Source of the DNA: Burkholderiales bacterium
GTDB lineage: Bacteria > Bacillota > Clostridia > Christensenellales > SZUA-584
DNA: 64,000 nt
Direction: 5' to 3'
Assembly: GCA_050260375.1 (NCBI GenBank)
Contig: JBLNCA010000037.1
Span: 229,527 to 293,526, forward strand
In this document: piece by piece, positions 18,872 through 28,495 of the stretch
Position numbering within the stretch: the stretch's first letter is position 1
Layout: each line of letters opens with the position of its first letter
The notes under the pieces: model-generated
Told to the model about the DNA's origin: nothing
Databases searched by the model: none
Seen by the model: only the letters and a program-made list of their open reading frames with translations
Program-made: the position numbers and the translations under genes

Positions 18872-19089
18872 GCCGTCACCTCCGTTTTCAGCTTGGTGAT
18901 GAGCATTTCCGGGTCGATGCTTGTCAGCACCCCAAACCAGCCGGAACGGAAGAATTGTTCAATACGGCTGCGCTCATACTGCGCTGAACGGTTGTTGGGA
19001 TTCATAGAAAGAGTACGCAACGCCTTGCGGTAATCCTTGACCGCCTGAAGAATGATGGCGTTAGCCAGGTTATTATAATTGTCAATCAT
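18868..19089 (-). CDS. Conserved phage hypothetical protein
   Basis: YNNLANAIILQAVKDYR...FFRSGWF; start reassigned to ATG 19089. Confidence 0.7.
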   Translation of the reverse strand: MIDNYNNLANAIILQAVKDYRKALRTLSMNPNNRSAQYERSRIEQFFRSGWFGVLTSIDPEMLITKLKTEVTA

Positions 19090-19180
19090 ATGTGACACGC
19101 TCCTAAACTTTATTTTTTGAAGAAGCAGTGTCGCATTGTTAGCATTGTATATGTAAAGCACGGATGCGTTGTTTTCAAAA

Positions 19181-19465
19181 TCATTGCAGGGAGCCGTTAA
19201 TAACAGCTCGCACCTCGTCAACCGAACGGACTACCGAAGCGGTGCCGCCACAGGCGAGGATTTTACGAATAGTTGCCTCTTGCAGTTTTGTTGTTTTGCC
19301 GACCGGTGTTTTTACTTCAAATGCGTAAAACTTGCCATCAATACAGGCAACGATATCCGGGATACCCGCTGTGCCGTATATTCCGCCGTGTTCCTTCCAA
19401 GCGAAGCACTTCGGCACAGTTTTTAAATAGCGAAGGATTTTAGATACGATTTCTTTTTCAGACAC
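19181..19465 (-). CDS. VRR-NUC nuclease
   Basis: GIPDI...AFEVK...LQ motif. Confidence 0.9.
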   Translation of the reverse strand: MSEKEIVSKILRYLKTVPKCFAWKEHGGIYGTAGIPDIVACIDGKFYAFEVKTPVGKTTKLQEATIRKILACGGTASVVRSVDEVRAVINGSLQ

Positions 19466-19475
19466 ATGATCCTCC

Positions 19476-19728
19476 TTGTAACTTATTTGCAGCTTGTAAC
19501 CTCGTAACCTCGAAATATATAGGTGTGCATATATTTACACGCACATACGCGCTCGCGCTATGGAGGTTTTTGCTCTCGCGTGTATACCCATAATTTTAGA
19601 AGTTACAAAGTTACAAAAGGTAAGAGAAATCAAATTGTGCTTGTATATAGCGGTTTTTGGGCGTAACTTTTCTTGTAACTTTTCCTCTTCGGGAAGTTGC
19701 GTTTTGGACTGTGAGGTTACATTTACAT
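19476..19728. repeat. Putative phage replication origin with GTAAC/GTTAC repeats
   Basis: About eight GTAAC/GTTAC copies in both orientations in the non-coding gap after the primase gene. Confidence 0.55.
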
Positions 19729-19731
19729 TGT

Positions 19732-22269
19732 TCATAGCGGTTCTATCTCTGTGATCTCAAAGCCGGACACATCACATCGAGCCTTCAACAGCTCATAATT
19801 GAGTGTCCAAACACGCCGATTTTCTGATCCGATGCGTTTTTGCACATTGCTTTCAAGAAAATAATCTGAGTGAGCCAGCTGCTTTTTGAATTGTGCGTAG
19901 GTCAGTGTTTCGCCGACAACGGCGTAATCCTTGCGGTATTTGGTATATTTGTCGTATACGGGGTTGAGCCGAAGCGCCAACACGGTGTTACCATCGCAGA
20001 GGGTGTATTCACTTTTTGGATCCAGCCCCATGCGCGACATTATTTCAAGCGTCTGCTCGACCACGCTTTTATTGCTCAATCCGCCATCAAGCAAATATTC
20101 CTTTGCCGCAAATTCGATGTACTTTGTGCAGCGTTCAAGGTTATGTGGGAGTGCCTCATGCCAAGTAAGACCGAGCGACTTGCATAGCTTTTCGAGTAGC
20201 CGCAAACCGGTTACCATACAGGCAAGGTTATTAACGATTCGCGACGGAAGCTCCTTGCTGAAGCATCCAAGCGCTTCCTCATACCATGAATAACATTCGT
20301 TTACTGTTGTTTTCAGTGCGATATTCAATAAACTATGCCCGAAGCTACCGAGCATATCGGCACATCGGCATAACTCTTGAAAAGTCGTACGATATCCTAC
20401 GGGTTTCAGGTCTTTCTTGGAAAATAAAAGCTCGATGCTGCGTTCCCTGATTGCAGCTTCATCTGCCGATTCCTCACCGGCGACCACAAGCGGGGCGAGA
20501 AGCTCATAACTTACAATGCTTTGGTCGGCGCGTCCACGAATACCTTCTTGACCATCATAGCTGTTACGAAAATGGTTCAGTAGCGCATCAAGTCGATATT
20601 TGTCAATCTTTGACGGCTTGAATTCATCCAGTGCCATCGGAATGACATTAGATGATGCCGCGTCTTTCATCAGAGTGAATGCCGTCGTCTGGCCTGCTGC
20701 GATGATTTTTGCTCTTGAAAAGACGGGCATAATAACCCGCTCCAGCGTATTGCTTTTACCGCTACCTGCTTCACCGATGAGCATAAGATGAGGAAACTTC
20801 ACATTCTTCTTTCGCAGATGCTCTTTTATGAAGCAACCACATATCCATGCTAATATTGAAGTCGTTTTTGCAGGTTCGTTGTAGGACATCAGCTTTTCAC
20901 CTAATTTCTGAAGCTGGGCCGCCGTTAAGGGCTTTGCTGACAGAATACTACTGTCAATGCTGCGGTACTTTTCGAGTTGAATGATGTTATCGACATCTGT
21001 ACCGTTCGCGTCAACCGCACCGTCCATAGAAACAAATACCATCTCTTTATCATGCTCGTAGATACCCATGGCCTTAACGCCTTTTTTTACAGGCCAGTCT
21101 AATTCGGAGATATATGCTTTGAGCAGTTCTAAATCACCATCTGAGCCGGTGTAGCTTAGAGCAATGGTGCGCTTGTTGAGCGCATTTTTGAATTTCTGCT
21201 GGTTGGCAAAATCCGTTGTCATGAAGGTCAACCGGTATGTCTCACCGCGCACGGTTACGAGGTCAGCAGTAAGTTGTGTTTCCTCATCGGCAACAATCAT
21301 TTCAACCGGTATAAACACGAAGTTTGTAAGCAGATAGATGTTGTCGTTTCTCTTGCGGTAATATTGTCCTTTATACTCAAATACAGCTGCGTCACCGCCG
21401 GGAGCGTATACATCTTCGGTGATGTCACAGGCCTTTGACAGCGTTTCTTCACCATAGGTTGCTCCGCTGGCATGATGCCGCGTGTCCCATTTTTCACGGA
21501 ACAGGCCGCTTTGCCGAAAGAGCCTATCCATCTGCTCCTTGTTCTTTCCAGACCAGAACGCCAACTTGCAGCAAAGAGCCATGTCCGCTTCGGACTGACT
21601 GGCGTAGTTCTCTTGCCACTCACCTTCCCAGAGCTTCGTAAATGCCTCGCCGTTTTCGGCATTCTTTGCAAGCTCTAAAAGGTCATCGTCTGTAAGCTGA
21701 ACGGGTGTATTCTTTTGCAACTTTTTCTTTTTGCTTTTGGGAGGGCGGATATATGTTTCGTGAATCCATTTAAGCGTTCCGTTATCCTCGGCGACGGTAT
21801 TAATAGCACAGTCAAGCTTATTACCTGTCATGGTGAAGTAGCGGGTATGCTCGTACATTTCCACGCCGGTCTTGGTATTCTTGTTGCCGGTACCGGGTAT
21901 TTTGCCTTTATAAAAAAGATGAACGCCGGTGCCGGAGGGCGAAAACTCCATGTATGTTGGTTGCCTTGCGATGATAGCCTTGGCCGTATCGTTAAATGTC
22001 TTTGTTTCGGGGTCATAACAATGATCAATGTCTACACCCACAAAATCATCGTCCTTAGAGAACATAAAGCCCACACCCGTAAAACCATAACGCTCCACTG
22101 CATCGGCGGCAGTTGCATAATCCGTCCATGTCGCCGGGTTATTAGATGCAGCACCCTTGCCTGATACCGGGTTAAACGGCATCTTTTTATCCTTGCCGCC
22201 ATCCTTATCGGGGATGAGCCGCCAGTTGACCCATTGCTTTCGTTCCATCAGCTCTTTTGGATAGGTCAT
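19732..22269 (-). CDS. Primase-polymerase (NrS-1-like) fused to helicase/ATPase
   Basis: GVDID, EFSPSGTGVH, SQSEADMALC helix-bundle motif, Walker A GEAGSGKS, Walker B ALDEF. Confidence 0.85.
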   Translation of the reverse strand: MTYPKELMERKQWVNWRLIPDKDGGKDKKMPFNPVSGKGAASNNPATWTDYATAADAVERYGFTGVGFMFSKDDDFVGVDIDHCYDPETKTFNDTAKAIIARQPTYMEFSPSGTGVHLFYKGKIPGTGNKNTKTGVEMYEHTRYFTMTGNKLDCAINTVAEDNGTLKWIHETYIRPPKSKKKKLQKNTPVQLTDDDLLELAKNAENGEAFTKLWEGEWQENYASQSEADMALCCKLAFWSGKNKEQMDRLFRQSGLFREKWDTRHHASGATYGEETLSKACDITEDVYAPGGDAAVFEYKGQYYRKRNDNIYLLTNFVFIPVEMIVADEETQLTADLVTVRGETYRLTFMTTDFANQQKFKNALNKRTIALSYTGSDGDLELLKAYISELDWPVKKGVKAMGIYEHDKEMVFVSMDGAVDANGTDVDNIIQLEKYRSIDSSILSAKPLTAAQLQKLGEKLMSYNEPAKTTSILAWICGCFIKEHLRKKNVKFPHLMLIGEAGSGKSNTLERVIMPVFSRAKIIAAGQTTAFTLMKDAASSNVIPMALDEFKPSKIDKYRLDALLNHFRNSYDGQEGIRGRADQSIVSYELLAPLVVAGEESADEAAIRERSIELLFSKKDLKPVGYRTTFQELCRCADMLGSFGHSLLNIALKTTVNECYSWYEEALGCFSKELPSRIVNNLACMVTGLRLLEKLCKSLGLTWHEALPHNLERCTKYIEFAAKEYLLDGGLSNKSVVEQTLEIMSRMGLDPKSEYTLCDGNTVLALRLNPVYDKYTKYRKDYAVVGETLTYAQFKKQLAHSDYFLESNVQKRIGSENRRVWTLNYELLKARCDVSGFEITEIEPL

Positions 22270-22700
22270 ATTGTTTTCACCTCGCAGTCTTCCGTAAAAT
22301 ACCGAATCAGCATATTATGTTTTTGCGCCTTGCGTATTTCGTAGCTCATGCCTTCGGATACGGTATCACCAAAAACCCACAACTCCTGGCATTTTCCGAG
22401 CAGGACACGCCCGAAGAAAAGCCCGAGCTTACGGCTGTCCGGATCGTGCTCATCCATAAACTGCGGGTAGAGCAGATGCGGTGCGAACGGAATTGCATAT
22501 TGCTCTACAGCGAAGCGACAATAGTTTTTTGTGCGCTCGGTGTTTGCTTTTATATCCCCGGCAAATGGTGAACAAATGAATACGAGAGGGCGGTATCCTG
22601 TACCATAGCGGCGCTTTAGCTCATCGTGCAGTACCATGCGCATGGCTTTATATGTCGTTGGGTCGTAATAACCTTCAGAATTATATTTATCTATCCACAT
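22266..22700 (-). CDS. DUF4406/nucleoside deoxyribosyltransferase-like protein
   Basis: VFICSPFAG...PFAPHL...CQELWVFG...SEGMSYEI. Confidence 0.7.
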   Translation of the reverse strand: MWIDKYNSEGYYDPTTYKAMRMVLHDELKRRYGTGYRPLVFICSPFAGDIKANTERTKNYCRFAVEQYAIPFAPHLLYPQFMDEHDPDSRKLGLFFGRVLLGKCQELWVFGDTVSEGMSYEIRKAQKHNMLIRYFTEDCEVKTI

Positions 22701-24628
22701 CACACACCCTCCATTTCAATCAGATCACCAAAATTCGTGCCGTATGCGGCCTCAGCGATGATCGGCACATCGAAATCAGTAAAGGGTTGTTCTTCCATAC
22801 ATGCTTTAACAAAATAGACTGCTTCATCGAGCTTGTCTGCTGGGATTTCAAATACCAGCTCATCGTGAATTTGTAAAAAAGGCTTAAGCCACGGGCGTTC
22901 TTTCAAGCCAGCAGCAATGCGTCCCATTGCCAGCTTGATGATATCGGCGGCAGTGCCTTGAATTGGGGTGTTCATAGCGCAGCGTTCCGCAAAAGAACGC
23001 TTGCTCCAGTCGGTAGAAAGGATGCCGACAATATACCTGCGGCGGCCGAGCCTTGTTTCAGCGAAACAAGTGCTTGCAGCTCGCTTTTTTGTTTCGTCCT
23101 GCCATTCGGTCAAACGCGGATAGCCGTTTTTCAGGTTGTCGATGATCCCTGCACATTGTTCCTTGGTCATATCAAGCCCTGCCTTGAATTTCAGCGTTTT
23201 TTGCAGCCCGCTTGGAAATAGCCCGTAAAACACACCGAAGTTGCAGTTCTTTGCGATAGTACGGCGTTCCTTGTAATGCGGTTCATTCTTATCCGCCGCC
23301 GTTTCGAACGGAATACGGAAAATGACCGAGGTCGTAGCCGCATGAATATCACCGCCGGTTCGATAGGTTTGCAGCATCCTTTCATCACGGCAATAGAAAG
23401 CACCGACGCGTAACTCTATCTGGGAAAAATCTAATGAGACAATCAAGCTGCCCTCAGGTGCTACGATAAAACCTCGCACACCAACCGGGTCGTTATCTTT
23501 ACGCGGGCAGTTCTGTAAGTTCGGGTTACGCGATGCAAAACGCCCTGTCTCTGTACCGAGGGGCATGAGTTCGGGATGGATCCGTCCAGTAGCCGTATTG
23601 ATGTGCGTTAAGTACCCGTCAATGTAGGTGCTTTTGAGTTTGCCCCATTTACGGTATTCCTGTACCAGTTCAAACAGGCGAACAAGCTCCGGACGCTTAT
23701 CTCGGCAGTAGTCGGTGAGCATTATCATTGTTGCATCGTCCGCTGCCTCCTGATGTTTTTCTGTTGTTTTCAATACCGGAAGACCAAGGTCACTGAAGAG
23801 GTACCTCTTGAAAGCTGATGTGGATGCATTTGCTCCTATGTCCACGCCGCCGGTCATCTCGCCGATTTTAGCACGCAGGGCAATGAGTTTTTCCTCGGCT
23901 TCCTTCTGTCTTTTCAGCATTGTCTCCACATCCATAGGAACACCGTTATATTTCATAATGCCGCAATAAACTGCAGTCGGCGATTCGACGCGCTCCACGA
24001 TTTCTCTATGATGGGGCAGATTTTTGGCAAACCAGTTGTTGAATTTGTGATACAACCGCAAGGTGCAGTCACTATCGGCACAAGCATAACGAAGGGTTTC
24101 TTTCTCCGCTGGATCCATCTCATCAAAAAGGCGTCCTGCCGTTACAGTTGCAAAGTCCGGCATATCCGCACCGAATAGTGACGTCGAAAGCAGCTTCAAC
24201 CCGCTGTCCGACAGGTTACGAAACTCAAATTTACTCTTAAGCGTCAGTTGCGCTGCCGCGATGGTATCATAACAAGGCTCGCATACGACGATACCTAATG
24301 CATACAGGAACATCGCCTCGAATGAAAGGTTGTGTGCCACCTTAACCACACTTGGATTTTCAAACAGGGCTTCTCTTAGGTATTCCGCCACACCATCGGA
24401 GTCAATGGCATTAGCTCCAACCTTATGTGAGAGGGGTATGTACACAGCGCTTCCTTCCTTGACCGAAATGCTGATACCAACAATATGTGCCTTGTGTGCG
24501 TCCAGTGCAGCCTTCGGCTCGTCGCGCCATTCATCATCCGGCGCTGTCTCAAAGTCAAATGCAACGACGTCCGCACCGCTGATATAATCGTGTATCTCTT
24601 TATTTGTATAGATAATGTTGTAATCCAT
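22700..24628 (-). CDS. Family A DNA polymerase with 3'-5' exonuclease
   Basis: AFDFET, TGRFAS..PNLQN, DFSQIELR, KNCNFGVFYG, QIHDEL; start reassigned to ATG 24628. Confidence 0.92.
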   Translation of the reverse strand: MDYNIIYTNKEIHDYISGADVVAFDFETAPDDEWRDEPKAALDAHKAHIVGISISVKEGSAVYIPLSHKVGANAIDSDGVAEYLREALFENPSVVKVAHNLSFEAMFLYALGIVVCEPCYDTIAAAQLTLKSKFEFRNLSDSGLKLLSTSLFGADMPDFATVTAGRLFDEMDPAEKETLRYACADSDCTLRLYHKFNNWFAKNLPHHREIVERVESPTAVYCGIMKYNGVPMDVETMLKRQKEAEEKLIALRAKIGEMTGGVDIGANASTSAFKRYLFSDLGLPVLKTTEKHQEAADDATMIMLTDYCRDKRPELVRLFELVQEYRKWGKLKSTYIDGYLTHINTATGRIHPELMPLGTETGRFASRNPNLQNCPRKDNDPVGVRGFIVAPEGSLIVSLDFSQIELRVGAFYCRDERMLQTYRTGGDIHAATTSVIFRIPFETAADKNEPHYKERRTIAKNCNFGVFYGLFPSGLQKTLKFKAGLDMTKEQCAGIIDNLKNGYPRLTEWQDETKKRAASTCFAETRLGRRRYIVGILSTDWSKRSFAERCAMNTPIQGTAADIIKLAMGRIAAGLKERPWLKPFLQIHDELVFEIPADKLDEAVYFVKACMEEQPFTDFDVPIIAEAAYGTNFGDLIEMEGV

Positions 24629-24693
24629 AAATTGCTCCAATCTGCCGCTTGAGGTCGGGTAGTACACGACCACCCGACCTGCGGCTTTATGTT

Positions 24694-25449
24694 TTAGGCG
24701 AGCGGCTCAATAACTTCGCCTGTCTCGGGGTCAATGTTTGCTGCTACATCAACGGAGGATTCGTTGTCGTAGCCGACACGAACGGAGAAAGCTTTGACCT
24801 GTTCGGTAAGTCCTGAAATAAGAGCGAATTCCTCGTCAGTTAAATCGCGGTCGACCGAGAACTGCGCTTGTGAATATGCAATACCGCTGTTGTTGGTAGC
24901 CTTTTTTAGGGTGAATTTAGTGACTACCGAATTAGAATTCTTGCCTTTGGAGAGCAGCCGCATAATGTAGCGAGTAAAGTCCTTAAGCGATCCGGTCGGA
25001 AGGGAGAGGATCATCGGAAAAATCTCGCCCTCCCGGAGCAGATAAATACGGCGGCGGTTTTTACAAGCTTTCGCTCCGTTCTCACCGGATCCGAATTTAT
25101 TAAACGGACACCCCGCGCAATCGCCGCCGGGATTACCTACGCCGGTGATGCCGTCAAAGCTGCCGCAATCAGGGGGATTAGAGCCGCCCGTGTATTTGTC
25201 CGTATAGTAGGCATGCAGCGGGTGGTGATGCAGGATAACTGCCGAAAATTCCTTGACGGTTTCAGGACTGTCGGGATTTTCACCGGGAATTTCAAATACC
25301 GTCATACCTGCGGCAGGAATTTTAATGCGTTCAAAACTGCCGGATAAACCGGAAAGCTCCTCGGTGAGCGCATCGTTTAAGTTAAAATCTTTCAGTGCCA
25401 TAAACGCACTGTTCTTGGTGGTAAGAGCTTTGTTTTCGTTGCTTTTCAT
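24694..25449 (-). CDS. Putative single-stranded DNA-binding/annealing protein
   Basis: Cys cluster (CAGCP, ACKN), acidic tail NIDPETGEVI; position next to the polymerase. Confidence 0.55.
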   Translation of the reverse strand: MKSNENKALTTKNSAFMALKDFNLNDALTEELSGLSGSFERIKIPAAGMTVFEIPGENPDSPETVKEFSAVILHHHPLHAYYTDKYTGGSNPPDCGSFDGITGVGNPGGDCAGCPFNKFGSGENGAKACKNRRRIYLLREGEIFPMILSLPTGSLKDFTRYIMRLLSKGKNSNSVVTKFTLKKATNNSGIAYSQAQFSVDRDLTDEEFALISGLTEQVKAFSVRVGYDNESSVDVAANIDPETGEVIEPLA

Positions 25450-25467
25450 GGTATTTTCATCCTTTCA

Positions 25468-25891
25468 TTATTTGCGGGTCGCTTTGCGGACACCCACAGT
25501 GGTTTTTTCAAATACATTGACCAGGCCATTAAGCCAATCAGGTAATACATCATCGTTTTCTGATATCTGTTCTCTGACAAAAGCCGATAGGCTGTTGGCG
25601 TTGACGGTTTCGTAAATCAACCCGCCATAACCCTCGGCACGAAGTGCTTCGAACAAATCCTCTTTGCGGTCGGCCATCGCTGCTGCACGTGTGGTATTGG
25701 TAAGGCAGAACAAAGTGCCGGAGCGGGTGAAATTCTGCGTCTCGGTATCCGTCATAAGCTGTGCCAGTACAGCGTCGACTTCCTCCAGTTCGGCATTAAT
25801 GTCCTTGAGGCTTTGCTCAATTTCCTTTTTCTCATCGCGCAGGGCTTTAAGCCGTATCTGCGAGTTCAAACATTTTTTCTGAATTGTCCAT
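25468..25891 (-). pseudogene. Coiled-coil replication-module protein with a 1-nt frameshift
   Basis: RBS plus ATG at 25891 (MDNSEKMFELAD) joins RLKALRDEKK only if one base near 25855 is removed; the span is 424 nt. Confidence 0.7.
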
Positions 25892-25908
25892 AGTGAAAAT
25901 CTCCTTCA

Positions 25909-27363
25909 TTAAATAAATGGGTTGTTGCCGTAGCGATAATCATCAACCAGCGTCTTGGCGAGGTTTGCCTTATTCTTCAATGCTTTCAGCACTTTTTCGT
26001 CGACTGTACCCTGCGCGGTGAGATAGATGTAAGTACATGGCATACGCTGACCGGCGCGATGAATGCGGGCTTTGCATTGCTCGAAATTCGACATCGAGTA
26101 ATCCAGAGAATAAAACACCATTGTGCTTGCCGCTGTGAGCGTGATGCCCAATCCCGCAGTCGCCACCTGTCCAACAAATATAGGTACATCGGGGTCATGC
26201 TGAAATCTTGCAACATGCTCGTCGCGGTCTTTTACACCGCCTTTGATGAGTGAATAATTGATGCGTTTTTTCTCAAGCATGGCGCAAATGGCATCCAGTT
26301 CCGGTACAAAGCGGGCGATAATGACGAGCTTGCGGTTCTCCTCCAACGCCGAATCGATGATATCCTCCAGCACGTCCAGTTTTGCTTTACTAACCTGTTC
26401 AGTAGCGCTGCTTTCATCACTGCCAATGAAACCGCCCGTAAGTTGGGACAGACGAAGGAGCTTTGTCAGTACATTTGTGATGGTGACCTCGCCGTCAGAC
26501 AGCTCGGCATAACTTTCTTTGACAAGACTCTGATACAGTTTCATTGCCTTCGGCTCCAGTTCGACTTTGCGGATAATGTCTGTCGTTTCCGGTAGGTCGA
26601 GGCAATCCTTTTTTGTTGCACGAAATGCAACAGAGTGCATGCGGCGAGTAAGTTCATCCTCCATGTTCTTTTTCAAAACGGGTGTGTGATTGCCGTAGCC
26701 GGTCATGAAAAAGAAGCGATTTCTGAAACTGTAAAAACTCTGTCCGAAGATACGTGGGTCGAGAAACTTGTACTGGCTGAATATGTCGATTGCCTTGTTC
26801 GTTACAGGTGTCCCCGTCAATAGCAGTCGGTATTTAGCCACTAATCCTAACCGGTGCATTGCTTTAGAAGCGGCGATATTGTGCGTCTTGATTTTGTGCC
26901 CTTCGTCGGCGATGATAAGGTCAGGCTTCCATGCTGCAAGTTCGCGTTCTAACCGCCATGCCGATTCGTAGTTCACAACGACTATCTGAAGAGGCTGGCC
27001 GGTCATATGCCGGAGAGTATCGAGCTTTTTTTCGCCACTCCCCTTGAGCACAGCGAGCGTGTACTCAAAATCTGCATACGCATCGTGTTCGTCTTTCCAT
27101 ACACCTGTAACTGAAAGTGGTGATACCACCAGCACTCTGCGGATGCGTCCGGCATGATACAAAGCGCCTTCGACTGCTATCGTCGTGAGAGTTTTTCCAG
27201 TACCCATTTCCATGAGCAAGGCGGCTCCGTACCCCACTGGCGAATACGCGCTTCCCTGTAAAAGTCCAAGTTTTTTGCAGATAAAATTGAATGCATTGAT
27301 CTGGTGAGCGTAGGGCTTTACCTTAATTGGCATCGGTAGCAGCGGTGCGTTGTCATTGTTCAT
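25909..27363 (-). CDS. SNF2-family helicase
   Basis: MGTGKT, DEGH, LTGTP, GLGITL, RIHRAGQ. Confidence 0.92.
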   Translation of the reverse strand: MNNDNAPLLPMPIKVKPYAHQINAFNFICKKLGLLQGSAYSPVGYGAALLMEMGTGKTLTTIAVEGALYHAGRIRRVLVVSPLSVTGVWKDEHDAYADFEYTLAVLKGSGEKKLDTLRHMTGQPLQIVVVNYESAWRLERELAAWKPDLIIADEGHKIKTHNIAASKAMHRLGLVAKYRLLLTGTPVTNKAIDIFSQYKFLDPRIFGQSFYSFRNRFFFMTGYGNHTPVLKKNMEDELTRRMHSVAFRATKKDCLDLPETTDIIRKVELEPKAMKLYQSLVKESYAELSDGEVTITNVLTKLLRLSQLTGGFIGSDESSATEQVSKAKLDVLEDIIDSALEENRKLVIIARFVPELDAICAMLEKKRINYSLIKGGVKDRDEHVARFQHDPDVPIFVGQVATAGLGITLTAASTMVFYSLDYSMSNFEQCKARIHRAGQRMPCTYIYLTAQGTVDEKVLKALKNKANLAKTLVDDYRYGNNPFI

Positions 27364-27559
27364 TGACTTCATCACCTCCGCCGGGCAGTTCCGTAATGGA
27401 TACGCACTCGACGCTGTCACCAGGTACGATAACCATCACACGGCGCTTTTCACCGAAGAAATGCCGAAGTAGTCGCTCGCGCATTGATACACGTCGGCAT
27501 CTGACGACACCGCCCTCGGTGGGCTTCTTCGAAACGCTGATTTTCAAATTGTGCTTCAT
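27353..27559 (-). CDS. Small conserved phage protein
   Basis: RBS; MKHNLKISVSKKP...VPGDSVECVSITE; overlaps the helicase start. Confidence 0.7.
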   Translation of the reverse strand: MKHNLKISVSKKPTEGGVVRCRRVSMRERLLRHFFGEKRRVMVIVPGDSVECVSITELPGGGDEVNEQ

Positions 27560-27642
27560 TTCTATCTCCGTCCTTTCCGAGGGACGGTGTAGATGTGTCC
27601 CTCGGTATACGGAGAAAAAGTGGGGGTTTTATACACCCATTT

Positions 27643-28029
27643 CTAAAAATGTTTTTTGAATTTTTTCTTTGCACTTTCGATTGATTTCCACGCAGCGTTT
27701 GGAGCGACGTCTTCGATACGGGCAATCTCATTAACCGACAAGCCATCAGCAAGCATTAACAGTCGCCGTTTCTGTGTTTCCGAAAGCTTGTCCAGCGCAG
27801 TGTTGATCCGAGCGGCGTCTTCTTCGCGTATCAAATCGGTTTCGGGAGTAGTGTCTATCGCATACTCGAGTCCCTCGTAATCGATAGCGTCGAGCGAATA
27901 GCAGTGGTAGCGCTCCTTACGGGCGAGATTGCTCTCCTCGCGTCGTGATGCTGTTATGTAGCTCCCGATTTCCTCGTTGACTTCAACTTCTGCTGTGGTT
28001 CCGTCTGCGAATTTCCATTGAATTCTCAT
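27643..28029 (-). CDS. Sigma-70 region 4 family phage regulator
   Basis: ALDKLSETQKRRL...GLSVNEIARIEDV..AAWKSI; start at ATG 28029 after AAAGGA. Confidence 0.8.
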   Translation of the reverse strand: MRIQWKFADGTTAEVEVNEEIGSYITASRREESNLARKERYHCYSLDAIDYEGLEYAIDTTPETDLIREEDAARINTALDKLSETQKRRLLMLADGLSVNEIARIEDVAPNAAWKSIESAKKKFKKHF

Positions 28030-28033
28030 GCGT

Positions 28034-28223
28034 TGTGTCCTTTCCGCCTGTGTGCGGATGAGGGCGACAAGGACACATAAAAAGCCGGTGCTTCGATGTA
28101 AACCGACCGTTACGCCTGAAATGGGCATGACAAGGCACGGTGGGTACATCCGAGGCTCCGAACACGGCGTTTACCGTGCTTGGAACTTCCTATGTATCCC
28201 GCCGCCTTAATGCGCATCTCAGG
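28034..28223 (-). promoter_or_regulatory. Structured RNA leader: long rod hairpin, terminator-like hairpin, RBS-sequestering hairpin
   Basis: Hand pairing: CCTGAGATG/CATTTCAGG, AAGGC/GCCTT, TACAT/ATGTA, GCACGG/CCGTGT; GTCGGT/ACCGGC plus TTTTT; GTGTCCTT/AAGGACAC. Confidence 0.6.
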
Positions 28224-28295
28224 CTTTGAGATTTATTTTTTCAGCAAAATGTGTTCATTTTTGCAGTTAATGCATTTGCGAAAGCAAATAAACTA

Positions 28296-28324
28296 TTGAC
28301 ATTTGCAAAATTTTGTCATATAAT
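28296..28324 (+). promoter_or_regulatory. Consensus sigma-A promoter for the defence block
   Basis: TTGACA (28296-28301), 17 nt, TATAAT (28319-28324). Confidence 0.85.
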
Positions 28325-28434
28325 ACCTTTAGTTTGTTGCATCGGCTGTTGCAACCAGCTTTGTATTGCATTTTTCTTCAGATATGAATCATTCTGCTGA
28401 CAATATAATTGTATTTGATTTTCTGTTTTTACCA

Positions 28435-28470
28435 CGGAACGCAACGGACTGATTCGGACCGATTCGGACT
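28435..28470. repeat. Four CGGA(A/C)(C/T) direct repeats at 10-bp period
   Basis: CGGAAC-GCAA-CGGACT-GATT-CGGACC-GATT-CGGACT. Confidence 0.8.
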
Positions 28471-28495
28471 ATGGGCAGAGAAAGGAGAGGCGCTT

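Noticed and set aside
24643-24686. Strong hairpin before the DNA polymerase gene as an ncRNA
   Set aside because: Single stem-loop, sufficiently explained as an mRNA stability or attenuation element
127-27880. Numerous plus-strand ORFs within the prophage (for example 5379-5939, 13704-14411)
   Set aside because: Antisense shadows of well-supported minus-strand genes with no recognisable motifs
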